A stretch of DNA of 64,000 bases from Eledone cirrhosa (GCA_964016885.1 OZ024750.1:27218001-27282000); one strand, 5' to 3'. Positions 1-12,585 are shown, counted from the stretch's first letter. The notes: a model not told the origin generated them from the letters alone. Translations and numbers: made by a program.

Positions 1-480
1 ATTCTGTTAGCTGCTTCCAGTTCTTTCTTTTGCAGTGGTCAGAGGTGGCTCTGCTGTCCCAAAAACAGTGGAAGCATTGGAATTTGATAAAGCCTCTTTG
101 GAGTCCAAGTAGGAAACCCACCATCTTGAAGTCGCCAATGATTTCCCAATTGTACTGGTTGTATTGCAGAGCTTCCAAGAGGACTTTCACACTGTAGTAA
201 TCTTCCTTCGGGCAGACTGAATGAGCTATGGGGCAGTGTCGGGAACTTGTTTCCATTGTGGAGGAGGACAGCCTTCAAACTTGTGGTGGAGCTGTCTATA
301 AATAGCCGCCACTCCTTGGGCACAAACGGCACTCCAATAACGTCAAACAGTCCAGGCACGTCATGGCAGAAGCAGAGGCCATCCCTAAGTGTGTAAAAGC
401 CTGAGAAAGGTTCGTCTCGGCTTCTCTGACTTGTCACCTGCACTTCCTTCTTGACCATGTTCCATTGCTTCATCCTGGAG
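1..480 (-). mobile_element. DNA transposase remnant (probably Chapaev/CMC-like), frameshifted
   Basis: ORF 39..473 motif WRLFIDSSTTSLKAVLLHNGNKFPTLP, continuing in another frame as GDFKMVGFLLGLQ; a longer near-identical copy lies at 58390-59100. Superfamily assigned from memory of the motif. Confidence 0.55.
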
Positions 481-889
481 ACGAATGCTTACAACACAAT
501 TTACCCTTTATTCAGGTGAGTATCAGGTGAGTATCAATAAATCTCTTTAATCCACTTTTTAACAATTTTATACTTTATTGCACTTTTATAATTTTCTTTA
601 GGTATTACTCTTTATTTTATAATTTTAATTTAAACTGAAACATATACAAAAAAAATCATTTAATATAAGCAAATTAAACTTACATACAACGTAAAATTCA
701 GCATACAAATAATTCTAGTGAATATCTTAGAATTTTCACAAACCCCAACTTTTAACTGTTTAATAGCACTTTTTTTATTTATTTGGGACCTAAGCAACAC
801 AAAAAAGTGATTACCAGCCAGGAACCGAGAAAAAAAGATATTAACTATAGTTAATATCTTCTTCTATCATATGAATCAAAGCAAAACAA

Positions 890-1270
890 AAAGTTCTTCA
901 TCCTCAGTGTATACTGATTAATGTTCCGAGCGATCCTTAGCATTCTCGTATAGCGCCAATCCACCGTCTGAGTAAGTTTCTTGGTCAGTGTCCCAGTCTC
1001 AGTCCCATACAGTAGCTCAGACTCCACTACAGCAACGAAGAGACGGATCTTCAGGTCTTTACGAAGGTCCGACTTCCACACCGATCTCAAACTGTGGCAC
1101 GCCGCCAACGCTTTGCTCTACCACATCATCTTCTGTATTCCCAATTTGTCCCAGATACAGGAAGTCGTCAACCAATTCTAGCAGCTTCCCGTCTACATTA
1201 ATAATCTTCTCTGGTTTCTTAATATTCTCTCCCATATACTTCATCTTAATCTCATTCATTCAAAGCCCCA
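890..1270 (-). mobile_element. RTE-like LINE reverse transcriptase C-terminal fragment
   Basis: ORFs 1059..1259 (ELVDDFLYLG) and 851..1108 (KIRLFVAVVESELLYGTET..LTKK...YTRMLR), typical of the RT thumb region. Confidence 0.65.
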
Positions 1271-1280
1271 ACATTTTTTA

Positions 1281-1410
1281 TTTCTTGTCCAATTCTTTAA
1301 AGTTTTATCTTAGTTACTTGTCCTATTCTTTTAAAGTTTTATCTTAGTTTCTTGTCCTATTCTTTTAAAGTTTTATTTTAGTTTCTTGTCCTGTATTTTT
1401 AAAGGTTTAT
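1281..1410. repeat. ~34-bp minisatellite, ~4 copies
   Basis: Unit ttcttgtcctattcttttaaagttttatcttagt repeated. Confidence 0.8.
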
Positions 1411-2194
1411 ATTCCAACAATATTACTTTTTTTTGCTCTACGCATTTTTCTATCTGGTATATTTATATCGGTCACCTGCTCTGAGTCACTGGATCCCATT
1501 GTAATATAGAAACTGTACAAACAATCTTTTCCCGTCCTTAGTGTCTTATTATATCTAATTAGTGTCTTCATTTGCTTATTACTTCAATGACCGACCTGAA
1601 TTGAGCAATATGTCTGACCTTGACGTCAATGTTGTAATTCGGTTTGTGATCCTTCAGTATTATCCGCGTTTCTGTCGGTTGATAGTGTTCAATTCAATTT
1701 CTACATTGCGTCTGGTTACTATCTAATTCATCTCTTCAATTGCCCTATCCAGATTTCACTTTAAAGTCTCTTTTTATATTTCTTACTTAACTCCCTGTTT
1801 ATGATTTCGGTGATTCAACTTTATCCATGTTGTATAGGTTATTGGTTTCATCAGCGTTGACAAAGTTGTATCCAATTGTTTCAGTTTATTTATATTTTCC
1901 GTATGTTTACTTTGGTGATTTTGTTCTCTGCAAAGATACCTAGTTAATGTATGTTAGAAATGTATGTTAGAAATTTCTTTCAAATGTGTATTTTGTGTCA
2001 TGATATTGCTAGACTTAAATTGAAACGTCAATACATGCGCATTTAAAAGAACATCAAGGAACGGAAATTTTCACTAACATGAGGAAACTGGAATTTGGTA
2101 GCGTACAAACTGTGGTTTGAATTCAAATACAAAAACATACACATATAATCACACACAAACACACACACGCCCGCCCCCCCCCCCACACACATAT

Positions 2195-2226
<32 letters not shown>

Positions 2227-2314
2227 TGAAGTATTGAAGGTGTGGTAAGATTCCAAGTGGCGTTCAGTTCTAGCTGTCGAAGTGGCCCGAGCTCAGGCGT
2301 CGCACCCCTGACGC

Positions 2315-2349
<35 letters not shown>

Positions 2350-2353
<4 letters not shown>

Positions 2354-2530
2354 ATGTTCAAGACGCCCGACGGCAGAGCTAAGCCGTTTCGTCGGCTATT
2401 TCCGTCGAAACGGCCTGAGCTCTGCCGTCGGGGTCTTGAACATTTTCCTATTGCCCACTCTACTACACAAAGTATTGAGTATTCTGGTGCGTTATGACTC
2501 ACCTGGTTCCTTAACACACTTCCTTAGTTA
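2350..2530 (+). mobile_element. ~200-bp fold-back element with the 3' half of a hammerhead (family also at 44121, 44989, 60640)
   Basis: ~100-bp imperfect hairpin centred on tttcg...cgaaa plus a shared tail, between (TA)n tracts. Confidence 0.7.
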
Positions 2531-2553
2531 CATATATATATATATATAATAGC

Positions 2554-2625
<72 letters not shown>

Positions 2626-2627
<2 letters not shown>

Positions 2628-3377
2628 GGCTACAGAAGGAATGCTAATGGCTGCGCAGGAGCAGGCCCTCAAAACGAAGTGGTTGAAGCACCATATCTAC
2701 AAGGAGGAGACTAGCCCACTGTGCAGGATCTGTGGAGAGAGAGAGGAGACTGTGGCTCACATTGTGTCCGAGTGTAAACACCTAGCCCAGACCCACTATA
2801 AGGGCTGGAGACACGATGTGATGGGCAGGGTGATCCACTGGCACCTGTGCAAAGTAAACAATCTACCACATTCTGAGAAATGGTATGAGCATAGGCCAGA
2901 GGCGGTGATGGAGAACAGTCAGGTGAAGGTGCTGTGGGATTTTAGGATACAGACGGACAAAAAACTGGAACACAATAGACCTGACCTGGTGGTTGTGGAC
3001 AAAGAAAAAAGATCGTGTCTTATTGTGGATGTGGCCTGCCCGTTCGATACGAGAGTGCAAGAGAAGGAGAGGGAGAAAATTAACCGATACCAGGACCTAA
3101 AGTGGGAGGTGAAAAGGATTTGGAACTGCCATGAAGTCAAAGTGATCCCGATTGTCATAGGCGCACTGGGGACTATCTCCAAAAGTTTCCAGGGATGGTT
3201 AAAGAAAATCGGCCCCTTCACGCTTTTTGGAACGCTTCAAAAGGCATGCTTGCTTGGAACAGCAAGAAGCCTCCGATACGTCCTGAATATCTGAGGCTGC
3301 AGGTAGTGGCTTGATATTCAATCCAACGGACTTTCCAGTTAACCAACATCAATGACTGAGATTCAAGGAATAACAAC

Positions 3378-3420
<43 letters not shown>
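2626..3420 (+). mobile_element. 5'-truncated R4/Dong-like non-LTR retrotransposon (zinc knuckle + RLE endonuclease + 3'UTR)
   Basis: ORF 2641..3294 has CRICG..ETVAHIVSEC, RHD, RPDLV..D and GALG; near-identical to 7226-7970; embedded in (AAT)n on both sides. Confidence 0.9.
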
Positions 3421-3421
<1 letters not shown>

Positions 3422-4299
3422 GGGAAGAAGACGCACGAGGTGACGGAGGTCATGAAATCGCTCCCGTAAGTTTTGAATTTTTAACATATTTAAATCATTT
3501 GTGAAATAACAACTCTTAGTACAAATGCTACGTAAAGCACCCGGCTTGAGCCCCAAAAAATTCGGACCCAAAATATATTGTTATAAGGCTCAAATATTCA
3601 AATATTCAACTTTGTATTGTACACTGTATATCCAAAAAAAAAAAATGGCTATAAATGGAAGAAGAAGAACCCCCCCCCCTCCTCTCCTCTGGCTACACTA
3701 TATAGCACAGCTAAACTCACCAACACCAGAAACTAGATACACCACCCACCCCATCATCTGTGTACACTAAACACAACAGCATTTTTACCGCCACCGCCAC
3801 CGCTCACTACGGCCATCATTACCACCACTATCCCATCACCGCCGCCACCACCCCTTGACTCCTTCACTGCTGCTGCCACCGCTACAGCACCATCACTACA
3901 GTAATACGGTCGCATCATCGCCACCACTGCCTCGGTATCGACATCACCACCACCACTGTCTCAGTATCGCCAACGCCGCCCTCTCCCACTTCTCCCTGCT
4001 GGCTGCTACTACTTCCACATTATAGAATCCCTACTACTAACAAAGAGGAAGGCATCAAAATATATAGATAGACTCAAAAGAAAAAAGAAAAAACAAACAA
4101 CAAAACCAAAGCAGCACAGCAACAACAGCAAAAAACGAGAAAAACAAACAGAGAAAAACAAAAACAAAAAAAGAAACCCCAAAAACGTAAAGAAAATAAG
4201 AATGAAGAGAGAAGCAGGCGGACGGACAGAGAAGAGGGGGGGAAAAGTAAAACTTAAAAAACAAAAACTAAGTCAGACATTCGAATACTACATTACAAT

Positions 4300-7200
4300 G
4301 AAACTTATGCTTATTCATTTTTGGGGCCTTTTCTGCCCGTGTGTTTGTTTGTTTATGTGTGTTCGTATACAGCGTGGTGATAATGCCACACAAGGGCCAA
4401 GTGGGATGGCGGATCCACAGATGGCTATGTAAACATACATTCGCCAATCCTCGATAAGAGTGTTTAAATATCGAACATAAACAGTTCGAATAACGGTGAA
4501 ATGGAGACTAGAACGTCATGTGACAGACTCTCACCCAACAGGTGCCCCCTGGCTCAGCAGCAGGAACCTGACTGTCAACCAAATACTGCTGATGTTGGAG
4601 GAAGAAGAAGAAGGAAAGGGGCCAGAACCAACTGGACGAAAGAATTGAATAGAACTGTTATGCAATGCTACCTGAAAAGTAACCCCAAGGAGAGGGGCTA
4701 CAGGAGACGGATGCATAACATCTGGAACGAGATTGGTTTATTTAAATTAGATGAACAAAAATTGGCCGGGCAGGCTCGGGTAATAAGAACTAATGGGTGG
4801 ATAAGCGAGCTGGAACTGGAGGAACTGAGCAGAGAGAATGGCTTGGAGATGGCGGGTGTAGTATGCCAGACAAGCGAGCCGGTGGGAAATGAAGGTGAGG
4901 AGGTCCTGAGAACGGAGGAACCACCCGAAGCAGACAATGATCTGAATACTGAGATAAATAATACCTGGAACAGAGATACGGCCACTGAGGAGATGAATGC
5001 TGACGGGCTAGGACAAGATTCGGTTGACATCCTAAATCTAGTGGTAGATGAATTGAACAATGATAGTGGGAGACCTATGAACCTAAGATTTGTAGACAGG
5101 AAAAAGTTAAAAGAAACAACAGCTAAGGTAAACAAAGTCATCCCATACCTTGAGGCGAGGAGTCTTCACCAGTGCAACAATATCCTCAAAGCAACAGCAA
5201 ATACGGTGAGGAAACTACTTGGTATAAAAGCGAGAGGAAACAACAGACAAGAAAGAGCAGAGCCGTGGTGGAAGAAGCGACTGAGTGGGCAAATCGGGGA
5301 AATGAGAAATGACATAGGAAAGCTTGAGTCACTACTGAATGGGACACTAAAAAACATAGGCACTAAAAATAGACTGGAAATAAAATACAAAACTAGGAGT
5401 AAAAAGCTAAATATTATCATAGAGGAATTGAAGCAACGCATTGTAGCAAAGAGTGCCAAAATCAGGCGATACGAGAACAGAGTCAGTCAGTATAAACAGA
5501 ACCGCATGTTCGACAACAACCAGAAGATGCTGTTTGGACAGCTTGAGGGGAAAGAAAGAGGCAACGACTTGATCCCTGGGGCGGAACAAGCTAAAACATT
5601 CTGGAGAGGAATATGGGAGCAGGATGTTAGACACAATGCCCAGGCAGGGTGGATTGAGACAGTACAGAGGGAGATCGGTGAGAAGGCACAACAACAGACT
5701 GATTTGAGTATCACAGTTGAAACTCTTAAGGGGCAAGCCAAAAAACTAACCAACTGGAAATCACCAGGCCCAGATGGTGTGCAGGGGTATTGGATTAAAC
5801 ATTTAACATCCCTCCACCCGAAGCTGACGGCCATGTTCAATGACTGCTTGGTGTCGGGTGAGGTGCCAGAGTGGTTGACAAAAGGTACCACAGTTCTGAT
5901 AATGAAAGACCGAATCAAGGGTAATGATGTTACCAACTATAGACCTATCACATGTCTGCCCGTAATGTGGAAACTGTTGACGAGCATTGTGTCTGAGGAA
6001 ATCTACCATCACCTCCACACAAACAACTTGTTACCGGACGAACAGAAAGGATGCCGAAAGAAGTCACGTGGTACAAAGGACCAGTTGCTTATTGATAAGA
6101 TGGTAATGGGGAATTGCAGGAGGAGACACACTGATCTTGCCATGGGATGGATAGACTACAGAAAGGCATTTGACATGGTGCCTCATTCCTGGATCACCAA
6201 AAGCCTGGAGGTCTTCAGGGTGGCAGATAACATCAGACAGTTGCTGGGCAGGAGTATGGGGTCCTGGGAGACAGAGTTGACATCAACTGGAGTATCCTTG
6301 GGAAGCGTGAAGATCAAGAGAGGTATCTTCCAGGGAGATAGCCTGTCCCCTCTGTTGTTTGTCCTTGCCCTGATGCCCTTGACCATTATGCTGCGAAAAG
6401 TGAGAGCAGGATACAAGTTGGGAAGGGGAGAGCTTACCATCAATCACCTCCTCTTCATGGACGATCTTAAGCTCTTCGGGAAAAGTGAGAAGGAGTTGGA
6501 TGTGCTTGTTGACACTGTCCGTATTTTCAGCAGTGATATATGTATGCAGTTTGGTATTGGTAAATGTGGAGTCATTGTGATGAAGAGGGGTAGGTTGAGC
6601 AGAAGTAACGGGATCCAGATACCAACAGGTGAGATGATAAAGGAAATTGACTCTGAGGAAGGATACAAGTATTTGGGCGTTCTGGAGGCTGATGGCATAA
6701 AGAACAAAAAAATGAAGGAATTGTTAAGAACTGAATACATCCGGAGAGTAAGGAGCGTATTGAAGTCACATCTGAACAGCAGAAATGCCATAAGCGCAGT
6801 AAATTCCCGAGCTGTGTCTATTATTAGGTACAGTGCTGGAATTCTGAGATGGAATGTTGCTGAACAAAAAGAAATGGATAGGAAGACTAGGAAGCTATTG
6901 ACTATCTACAACATGTTCCACAAGAGGAGTGATGTCGATAGACTCTACCTAAGGAGATCTGAGGGTGGAAGAGGTCTTATCAGCATAGAGGACTGTGTTC
7001 AGATGGAGAAAAACAACCTATACAAATACGTGACCTATAGTAAGGAGCCAATGCTCAGAACTGTACTGAAGGAGGGGACAGTAGGCCAGGGGATATCCAA
7101 GGAGGAAATAACATCAAGGAGGAAGAGCAGCCTTAAGGGAAAATCCCTTCATAGTACCTTCTTTGAGAAAACTGAATTTAGAGATCCACAGACATGGAAC

Positions 7201-8020
7201 TGGTTGAGAAGAGGAGACCTCAAAAAGGCTACAGAAGGAATGCTAATGGCTGCGCAGGAGCAGGCCCTCAAAACGAAGTGGTTGAAGCACCATATCTACA
7301 AGGAGGAGGCTAGCCCACTGTGCAGGATCTGTGGAGAGAGAGAGGAGACTGTGGCTCACATTGTGTCCGAGTGTAAACACCTAGCCCAGACCCACTATAA
7401 GGGCTGGAGACACGATGTGATGGGCAGGGTGATCCACTGGCACCTGTGCAAAGTAAACAATCTACCACATTCTGAGAAATGGTATGAGCATAGGCCAGAG
7501 GCGGTGATGGAGAACAGTCAGGTGAAGGTGCTGTGGGATTTTAGGATACAGACGGACAAAAAACTGGAACACAATAGACCTGACCTGGTGGTTGTGGACA
7601 AAGAAAAAAGATCGTGCCTGATTGTGGATGTGGCCTGGCCGTTCGACACGAGAGTGCAAGAGAAGGAGAGGGAGAAAATTAACCGATACCAGGACCTAAA
7701 GTGGGAGGTGAAAAGGATTTGGAACTGCCATGAAGTCAAAGTGATTTAGCGATTGTCATAGGCGCACTGGGGACTATCTCCAAAGGTTTCCAGGGATGGT
7801 TAAAGAAAATCGGCCCCTTCACGCTCTTTGGAACGTTTCAAAAGGCATGCTTGCTTGGAACAGCAAGAACCCTCCGATACGTCCTGAATATCTGAGGCTG
7901 CAGGTAGTGGCTTGATATTCAATCCAACGGACTTTCCAGTTAACCAACATCAATGACTGAGATTCAAGGAATAACAATAACAATAATAATAATAATAATG
8001 ATAATAATGATAATAATAAT
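4300..8020 (+). mobile_element. Near full-length R4/Dong-like (RLE-type) non-LTR retrotransposon
   Basis: Single long RT+RLE ORF, 3'UTR 7896-7970, (AAC/AAT)n tail; 5' boundary approximate. Confidence 0.88.
4501..7749 (+). CDS. Non-LTR retrotransposon polyprotein (RT + CCHC knuckle + restriction-like endonuclease), prematurely stopped
   Basis: Motifs KSPGPDG, YRPITCL, WIDYRKAFD, RGIFQGDSLSPLLF, HLLFMDD, YKYLG, GGRGL, RHD, RPD. TAG plus a 2-nt gain at ~7746 relative to the 2641 copy; native stop at 7893-7895. Confidence 0.9.
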   Translation: METRTSCDRLSPNRCPLAQQQEPDCQPNTADVGGRRRRKGARTNWTKELNRTVMQCYLKSNPKERGYRRRMHNIWNEIGLFKLDEQKLAGQARVIRTNGWISELELEELSRENGLEMAGVVCQTSEPVGNEGEEVLRTEEPPEADNDLNTEINNTWNRDTATEEMNADGLGQDSVDILNLVVDELNNDSGRPMNLRFVDRKKLKETTAKVNKVIPYLEARSLHQCNNILKATANTVRKLLGIKARGNNRQERAEPWWKKRLSGQIGEMRNDIGKLESLLNGTLKNIGTKNRLEIKYKTRSKKLNIIIEELKQRIVAKSAKIRRYENRVSQYKQNRMFDNNQKMLFGQLEGKERGNDLIPGAEQAKTFWRGIWEQDVRHNAQAGWIETVQREIGEKAQQQTDLSITVETLKGQAKKLTNWKSPGPDGVQGYWIKHLTSLHPKLTAMFNDCLVSGEVPEWLTKGTTVLIMKDRIKGNDVTNYRPITCLPVMWKLLTSIVSEEIYHHLHTNNLLPDEQKGCRKKSRGTKDQLLIDKMVMGNCRRRHTDLAMGWIDYRKAFDMVPHSWITKSLEVFRVADNIRQLLGRSMGSWETELTSTGVSLGSVKIKRGIFQGDSLSPLLFVLALMPLTIMLRKVRAGYKLGRGELTINHLLFMDDLKLFGKSEKELDVLVDTVRIFSSDICMQFGIGKCGVIVMKRGRLSRSNGIQIPTGEMIKEIDSEEGYKYLGVLEADGIKNKKMKELLRTEYIRRVRSVLKSHLNSRNAISAVNSRAVSIIRYSAGILRWNVAEQKEMDRKTRKLLTIYNMFHKRSDVDRLYLRRSEGGRGLISIEDCVQMEKNNLYKYVTYSKEPMLRTVLKEGTVGQGISKEEITSRRKSSLKGKSLHSTFFEKTEFRDPQTWNWLRRGDLKKATEGMLMAAQEQALKTKWLKHHIYKEEASPLCRICGEREETVAHIVSECKHLAQTHYKGWRHDVMGRVIHWHLCKVNNLPHSEKWYEHRPEAVMENSQVKVLWDFRIQTDKKLEHNRPDLVVVDKEKRSCLIVDVAWPFDTRVQEKEREKINRYQDLKWEVKRIWNCHEVKVI

Positions 8021-8202
8021 TTATTTGTTGTTAAATGTAAGAATATCAGTTATAAATAACGCAAAAACTGATAAGTAGTGTTAAATGTTTTATATTTTTG
8101 AAAGTAATTTTGCTACTTATATTGATTGTTACGTCCATATGTTTTCGGATCTGTATCATGTAGTGATATCTCCAACAGTATTACCTATACTGATTATTTC
8201 CG

Positions 8203-8337
8203 CATGTCGACATGGAACATTTGGTATCGGTTGTAAAATGTCATGTCTTTGTTCGAACAACTCTTTCTGTGACAAGCAAGAGGGAACATGTTCAGATGGG
8301 TGTAGTGCAGGTTATCTTGGTGACGACTGCCAACTAA
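8203..8337 (+). CDS. Gene 1 EGF-like exon (CRHGTFGIGCKMSCLCSNNSFCDKQEGTCSDGCSAGYLGDDCQL), non-canonical acceptor
   Basis: 135 nt, 8 Cys, phase 1, GT donor at 8338; the acceptor reads tttccg instead of tttcag. Confidence 0.65.
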   Translation, partial: HVDMEHLVSVVKCHVFVRTTLSVTSKREHVQMGVVQVILVTTAN

Positions 8338-8554
8338 GTATTTCCTAAAGATGCTAGGTATTTACTATATATATATATATTGTTATATTTGGGGGAGAGT
8401 CATATTGTTATAATATTATTTAATTTATTTAAATAAATAAAATAAAAATGGCGTAGGAATTACAATACAACGGGAGGAAACATAATAGTACCACTTATGA
8501 TGTCACAGATATGTGACGAAAGAACTTTGATAGACTATATATATATATATATAT

Positions 8555-8940
8555 ATATACGATATTAAACAAATGGAAACTATATTTATAAAACCATATT
8601 TATTTCATTATACATATTTCGGGGATACCATATTAAAAATATGGCATGCCTTCGTCAGATAAAATACAATATATAAACAGTTTTATAAATAATGTTGACG
8701 TACCATAAATATGAGCGACCATTATGTAGGAAGCTGGTTTGGTAGTGGACTACCAAACCAGCTTCCTACATAATGGTCGCTCATATTTATGGTACGTCAA
8801 CATTATTTATAAAACTGTTTATATATTGTATTTTATCTGACGAAGGCATGCCATATTTTTAATATGGTATCCCCGAAATATGTATAATGAAATAAATATG
8901 GTTTTATAAATATAGTTTCCATTTGGTTAATATCGTATAT
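8555..8940. repeat. Near-perfect 386-bp palindrome (192-bp arms, 2-nt loop), Penelope-like terminal repeat
   Basis: Arms mirror about ggtagt-gg-actacc (8741-8754); one mismatch seen. Confidence 0.9.
8829..8894 (+). ncRNA. Minimal type-I hammerhead motif (mirror copy on - strand 8601-8666)
   Basis: tattttat-CTGACGA-stem II-GAAA-tatgt-ATA|atgaaata; 8-bp stem I; base of stem II mismatched. Confidence 0.6.
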
Positions 8941-9022
8941 CTACTCCAAAAACTTGTGGAGTGCTTTATATCTGTTATAAATTATTTACTTGTTGTAACC
9001 CAACAATTTTAAATAAAACTTT

Positions 9023-9085
<63 letters not shown>

Positions 9086-9259
9086 TTAACTGTTGGTCAA
9101 TCAATGATAAACATTGAGTGCCAGATAAATTAACTATGGAGATGTGTCAGTTTGTGGGTTCTGTGTACAAATAAGTGTAACATTAATAAAATAAATGTAA
9201 CAATTAGAATTAAACAAAGGGAAAGCCACAATAGTGTGGAGACGTTCGAGGCCTGCTTG

Positions 9260-11995
9260 TCGAAAATTCCTATGACACGTCATATCTCTATAAACTGATG
9301 TTTGGTTTCGTCTGAATCTTTTATTAAGCACATTTCTTTCATCTACCTTCTTCATGTATCGGCGTTCTTCGCTGACAGCTCTCAATTCTTGTTTGAGGGT
9401 GATCAGCTTATATTGAAGAATTCTGGCTCTACTCTTAACAAACATCGTCGCTATTTTATTTTTAGCACTTTGTTGGTGAGGAATGAAGTTTTGTTTGTGT
9501 TTGTTTGCATGTAAGGAGCATTTTCACATATCCTATGGTTTTTCGTAGGTCAGCAATCTCTTTTTCTATTTTAGTTATATATGATGGTATTTTGGCGATG
9601 TTTTCTTCTTGTTAATATCTCTGCTATCACCAAGATAATGCTTCACTGTCGTTGCTAAGGCATATAAACAGGTGTTGATTTGCCAAAATGTTGGGGGTTT
9701 TATCCGTCGTAAATATTCATCCTCTATTTCGTCAATAACACGTAATATTTCATTATTTGCTTTTTTCTGAGTTCAAATCCCGCCGAGGTTGACTTTGCCT
9801 TTCATCCTTACGGGGTCGATAAAATAAAGTAGCAGTAATGCACTGGGTAATTGCTGGCCTTGTGCATAAAGTAGAAACAATTATTTGCTTTTTTTATTAT
9901 TTTAGTAAATATTGTCGTTTTAATACGTTCAGCAAGAGAAATATTTATACCTGAATTAATTTCTCTCTGGCAGATTTCTTCGAGGGAAATTTTCAAGTCT
10001 TTATACTTATGATTATTATCATTATCGATAGCATTTTCCACAACAGTCGAGGTAGACATGAATGTTACACGTGGTGTCAGATTTTTTCGATTATCATTAT
10101 TATTTCTTCTAAGGTACCATTATTATCTATAGTGTTTTCCCCAGCATTCGAGGTAGACTTAGATGGTACACGTGGTGTCAAATTTCTTACAGACATAGTT
10201 GTTTCAAGGCATGTATGACCTGGCTACTAGGAAGTCTAGTAGCATGGCGACATGTAGCACGTGTTGTTGATAACATGTTTGTTGTGGGAGACATACAATT
10301 AATAATATTTATCTTCTTTATACGTTCAACAAACGTCGCTTGTTGGCGTAATTGTTTCACTGCGAAGTGATTTAGTTCTGGGTGTATTTCGTCCCAGTGT
10401 AGCCTCATTCCGTTCATATAGCCAATGTAGGGATTGTTTTTTGCCATTTTATAACAATTAAATAAATCATCATTAAGTTCGCAACTCCAAGAGAAATGCG
10501 ATTTATAATTTCGGTTTCTTCTGTGCCTACAACTGAATAAAATTTGTTTACCTTTCTCGTTTTTCTTCGATATTCCACTAATGTTGTTGTTGTTGATGTT
10601 GTGTTCAGTCATGCTGTTTGTAGCAAATCCTTGTAAAATGAATTATTTATTTAGTCGGATATCTCTACGAATTCGAAAATTTGTGTCTTCAGTGGATATA
10701 GTTAGAAGAATATTCAGTTATTCAACATAACTGGTAGTTGTGGCATTACAATCGTAGATAGTATTCTTCTTAAATTTAATGAATAGTCTCCCACATCAAA
10801 ATATACGATTGATTGCGTTGACTGACTATGTCTGCATGCATGTATGAATGTATGTTTCTTCTGGTTACATAATTTCAAATTTTTTTGCTAACATAAAAAG
10901 ATTCGGTTTCTAGCATAGTTACAAGACTCGAATTTACACAACTAGGTAGATATATATGTATGTCTATATGCATGCATGTATGTGTAGGTATGGATATTAA
11001 AGGATGTGTGGATGTTTTGAGTAGTATATGTGCATGTGCATACGCTTTCTGTGTGTACATATTTATATGCATTTATTAGATGAAAATGTTTGGAATGTTT
11101 TACATATTTTTACTGTTCCATTAATGGATTGTACTTGTAATTTCCTAACTAGTTGTGTTCTTTCTGTTCCTGTGACGCCCAGCTTCTCAAGATTTGTATT
11201 GAGGCAGTTACTAACATATCCCAGTGCCCCAATAATCACAGGCATAAATATGAAGGGATAGTCAGGGTGCAGTATTTGTAGATTTCTCATTAGTTCAGCA
11301 TAAATACTCTCCTTTTCGCTAATCTTTGATATTATATTGGCATCTGCTGGGCAGCTAATTTCCACTACTGTGCATGCCTTCTTTTCGCTGTCCCATATCA
11401 TTACATCTGGTCTGTTATAGCTGCAGTTTATTGGGGTTTTACTGAAACATTCCAGCGGTACTCTTTCATATTATGCATATGTATGTCTTCCACATTGCTG
11501 TAGCTTTTAATGTGCTTATTATCGGGGCTATCTTTTCCACGGACTGCATTGTAGTGTTTTTACCACTACATCATGCCTCATAGGTAGATAGTACCGCGAT
11601 GACATCTTTGGACAGTTATTCATGATATGGGTGACATCTTCCATGTTAATTCTGCAGAGTCTGCACTTGTGGTCACATCTAGGTGTTTTGCCTGCATCCC
11701 TATCTCTTTTGTGAATCAGGTATTTCGTGTTGATTTGCTGTTCTTCAATTGCAAATGTGTATTCTTCAAAGTGGGAGTCAATATAGCGGTTGTTGGTCCA
11801 AGATAGACTACTTTGTTTATCTATATTACTCTCACTCTGGAGCTTCATGGCAACATATCCATGATTGAATTTTTGCTGATAAGCATGGAGTTTTTCATCC
11901 ATGGATTTACTGCCGTACTGCTGAGCAACTTCCCTGGGTGTGAGGTTTTTGATTATCATACAGGGAATATCTTTTAAGGAGTTCCTTCCCAAATC
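9260..11995 (-). mobile_element. Decayed R4/Dong-like RLE non-LTR retrotransposon (different family)
   Basis: ORF pieces 11528..11992 (CRLC..EDVTHI..C, RHD) and 11063..11401 (VEISCPAD, IIGALG); N-terminal remnants at 9134-10612. Confidence 0.7.
9767..9879 (+). mobile_element. 5'-truncated tRNA-derived SINE with 15-bp TSD
   Basis: B-box gagttcaaatcc; TSD attatttgctttttt at 9752-9766 and 9880-9894. Confidence 0.85.
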
Positions 11996-12280
11996 TCATG
12001 ATCTTATCAGTTCCATGCAGATAGACTAGCTCGTGAGACGAGCTCCTACGCTTCGAGGTTCGTAGATGTTGTCATTTCTCACTCTTAGTACGGCTGTTAC
12101 TTAAATATAAGTATGCATACGTACATACATATATGTATCCAAACGTACAGTAGTATGTATATATATATACATATTACTGTACGTCTGTATACATATATGT
12201 ATGTACATATACATACTTATATTTAAGAAACAGCCGTACTAAGAGTGAGAAATGAAATTTCGTTTCATATTTTCCGTATA

Positions 12281-12392
<112 letters not shown>

Positions 12393-12585
12393 ACTGTATA
12401 TATAACTATATATATATATAACTATATATATATATATATAACTATATATATAACTATATATATATATAACTATATATATATATATATATATATATAATGG
12501 AAAATTTGAACAGGAACAAAACAGAGAGGCAGTACAACGAATGTTTATTAATTTCACGCTCTGGAGAGTGGGGTGGTGGTGGGGA

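Noticed and set aside
1270-4300. Signal-peptide exon for gene 1
   Set aside because: No segment resembling 53768-53831 was found; it probably lies left of the window.
4322-4440. HDV-like ribozyme in the 5'UTR of the R4/Dong-like element
   Set aside because: A possible P1 pairing (ggccttt/aagggcc) exists, but no convincing P3/L3, P1.1 or J4/2 could be fitted by eye.
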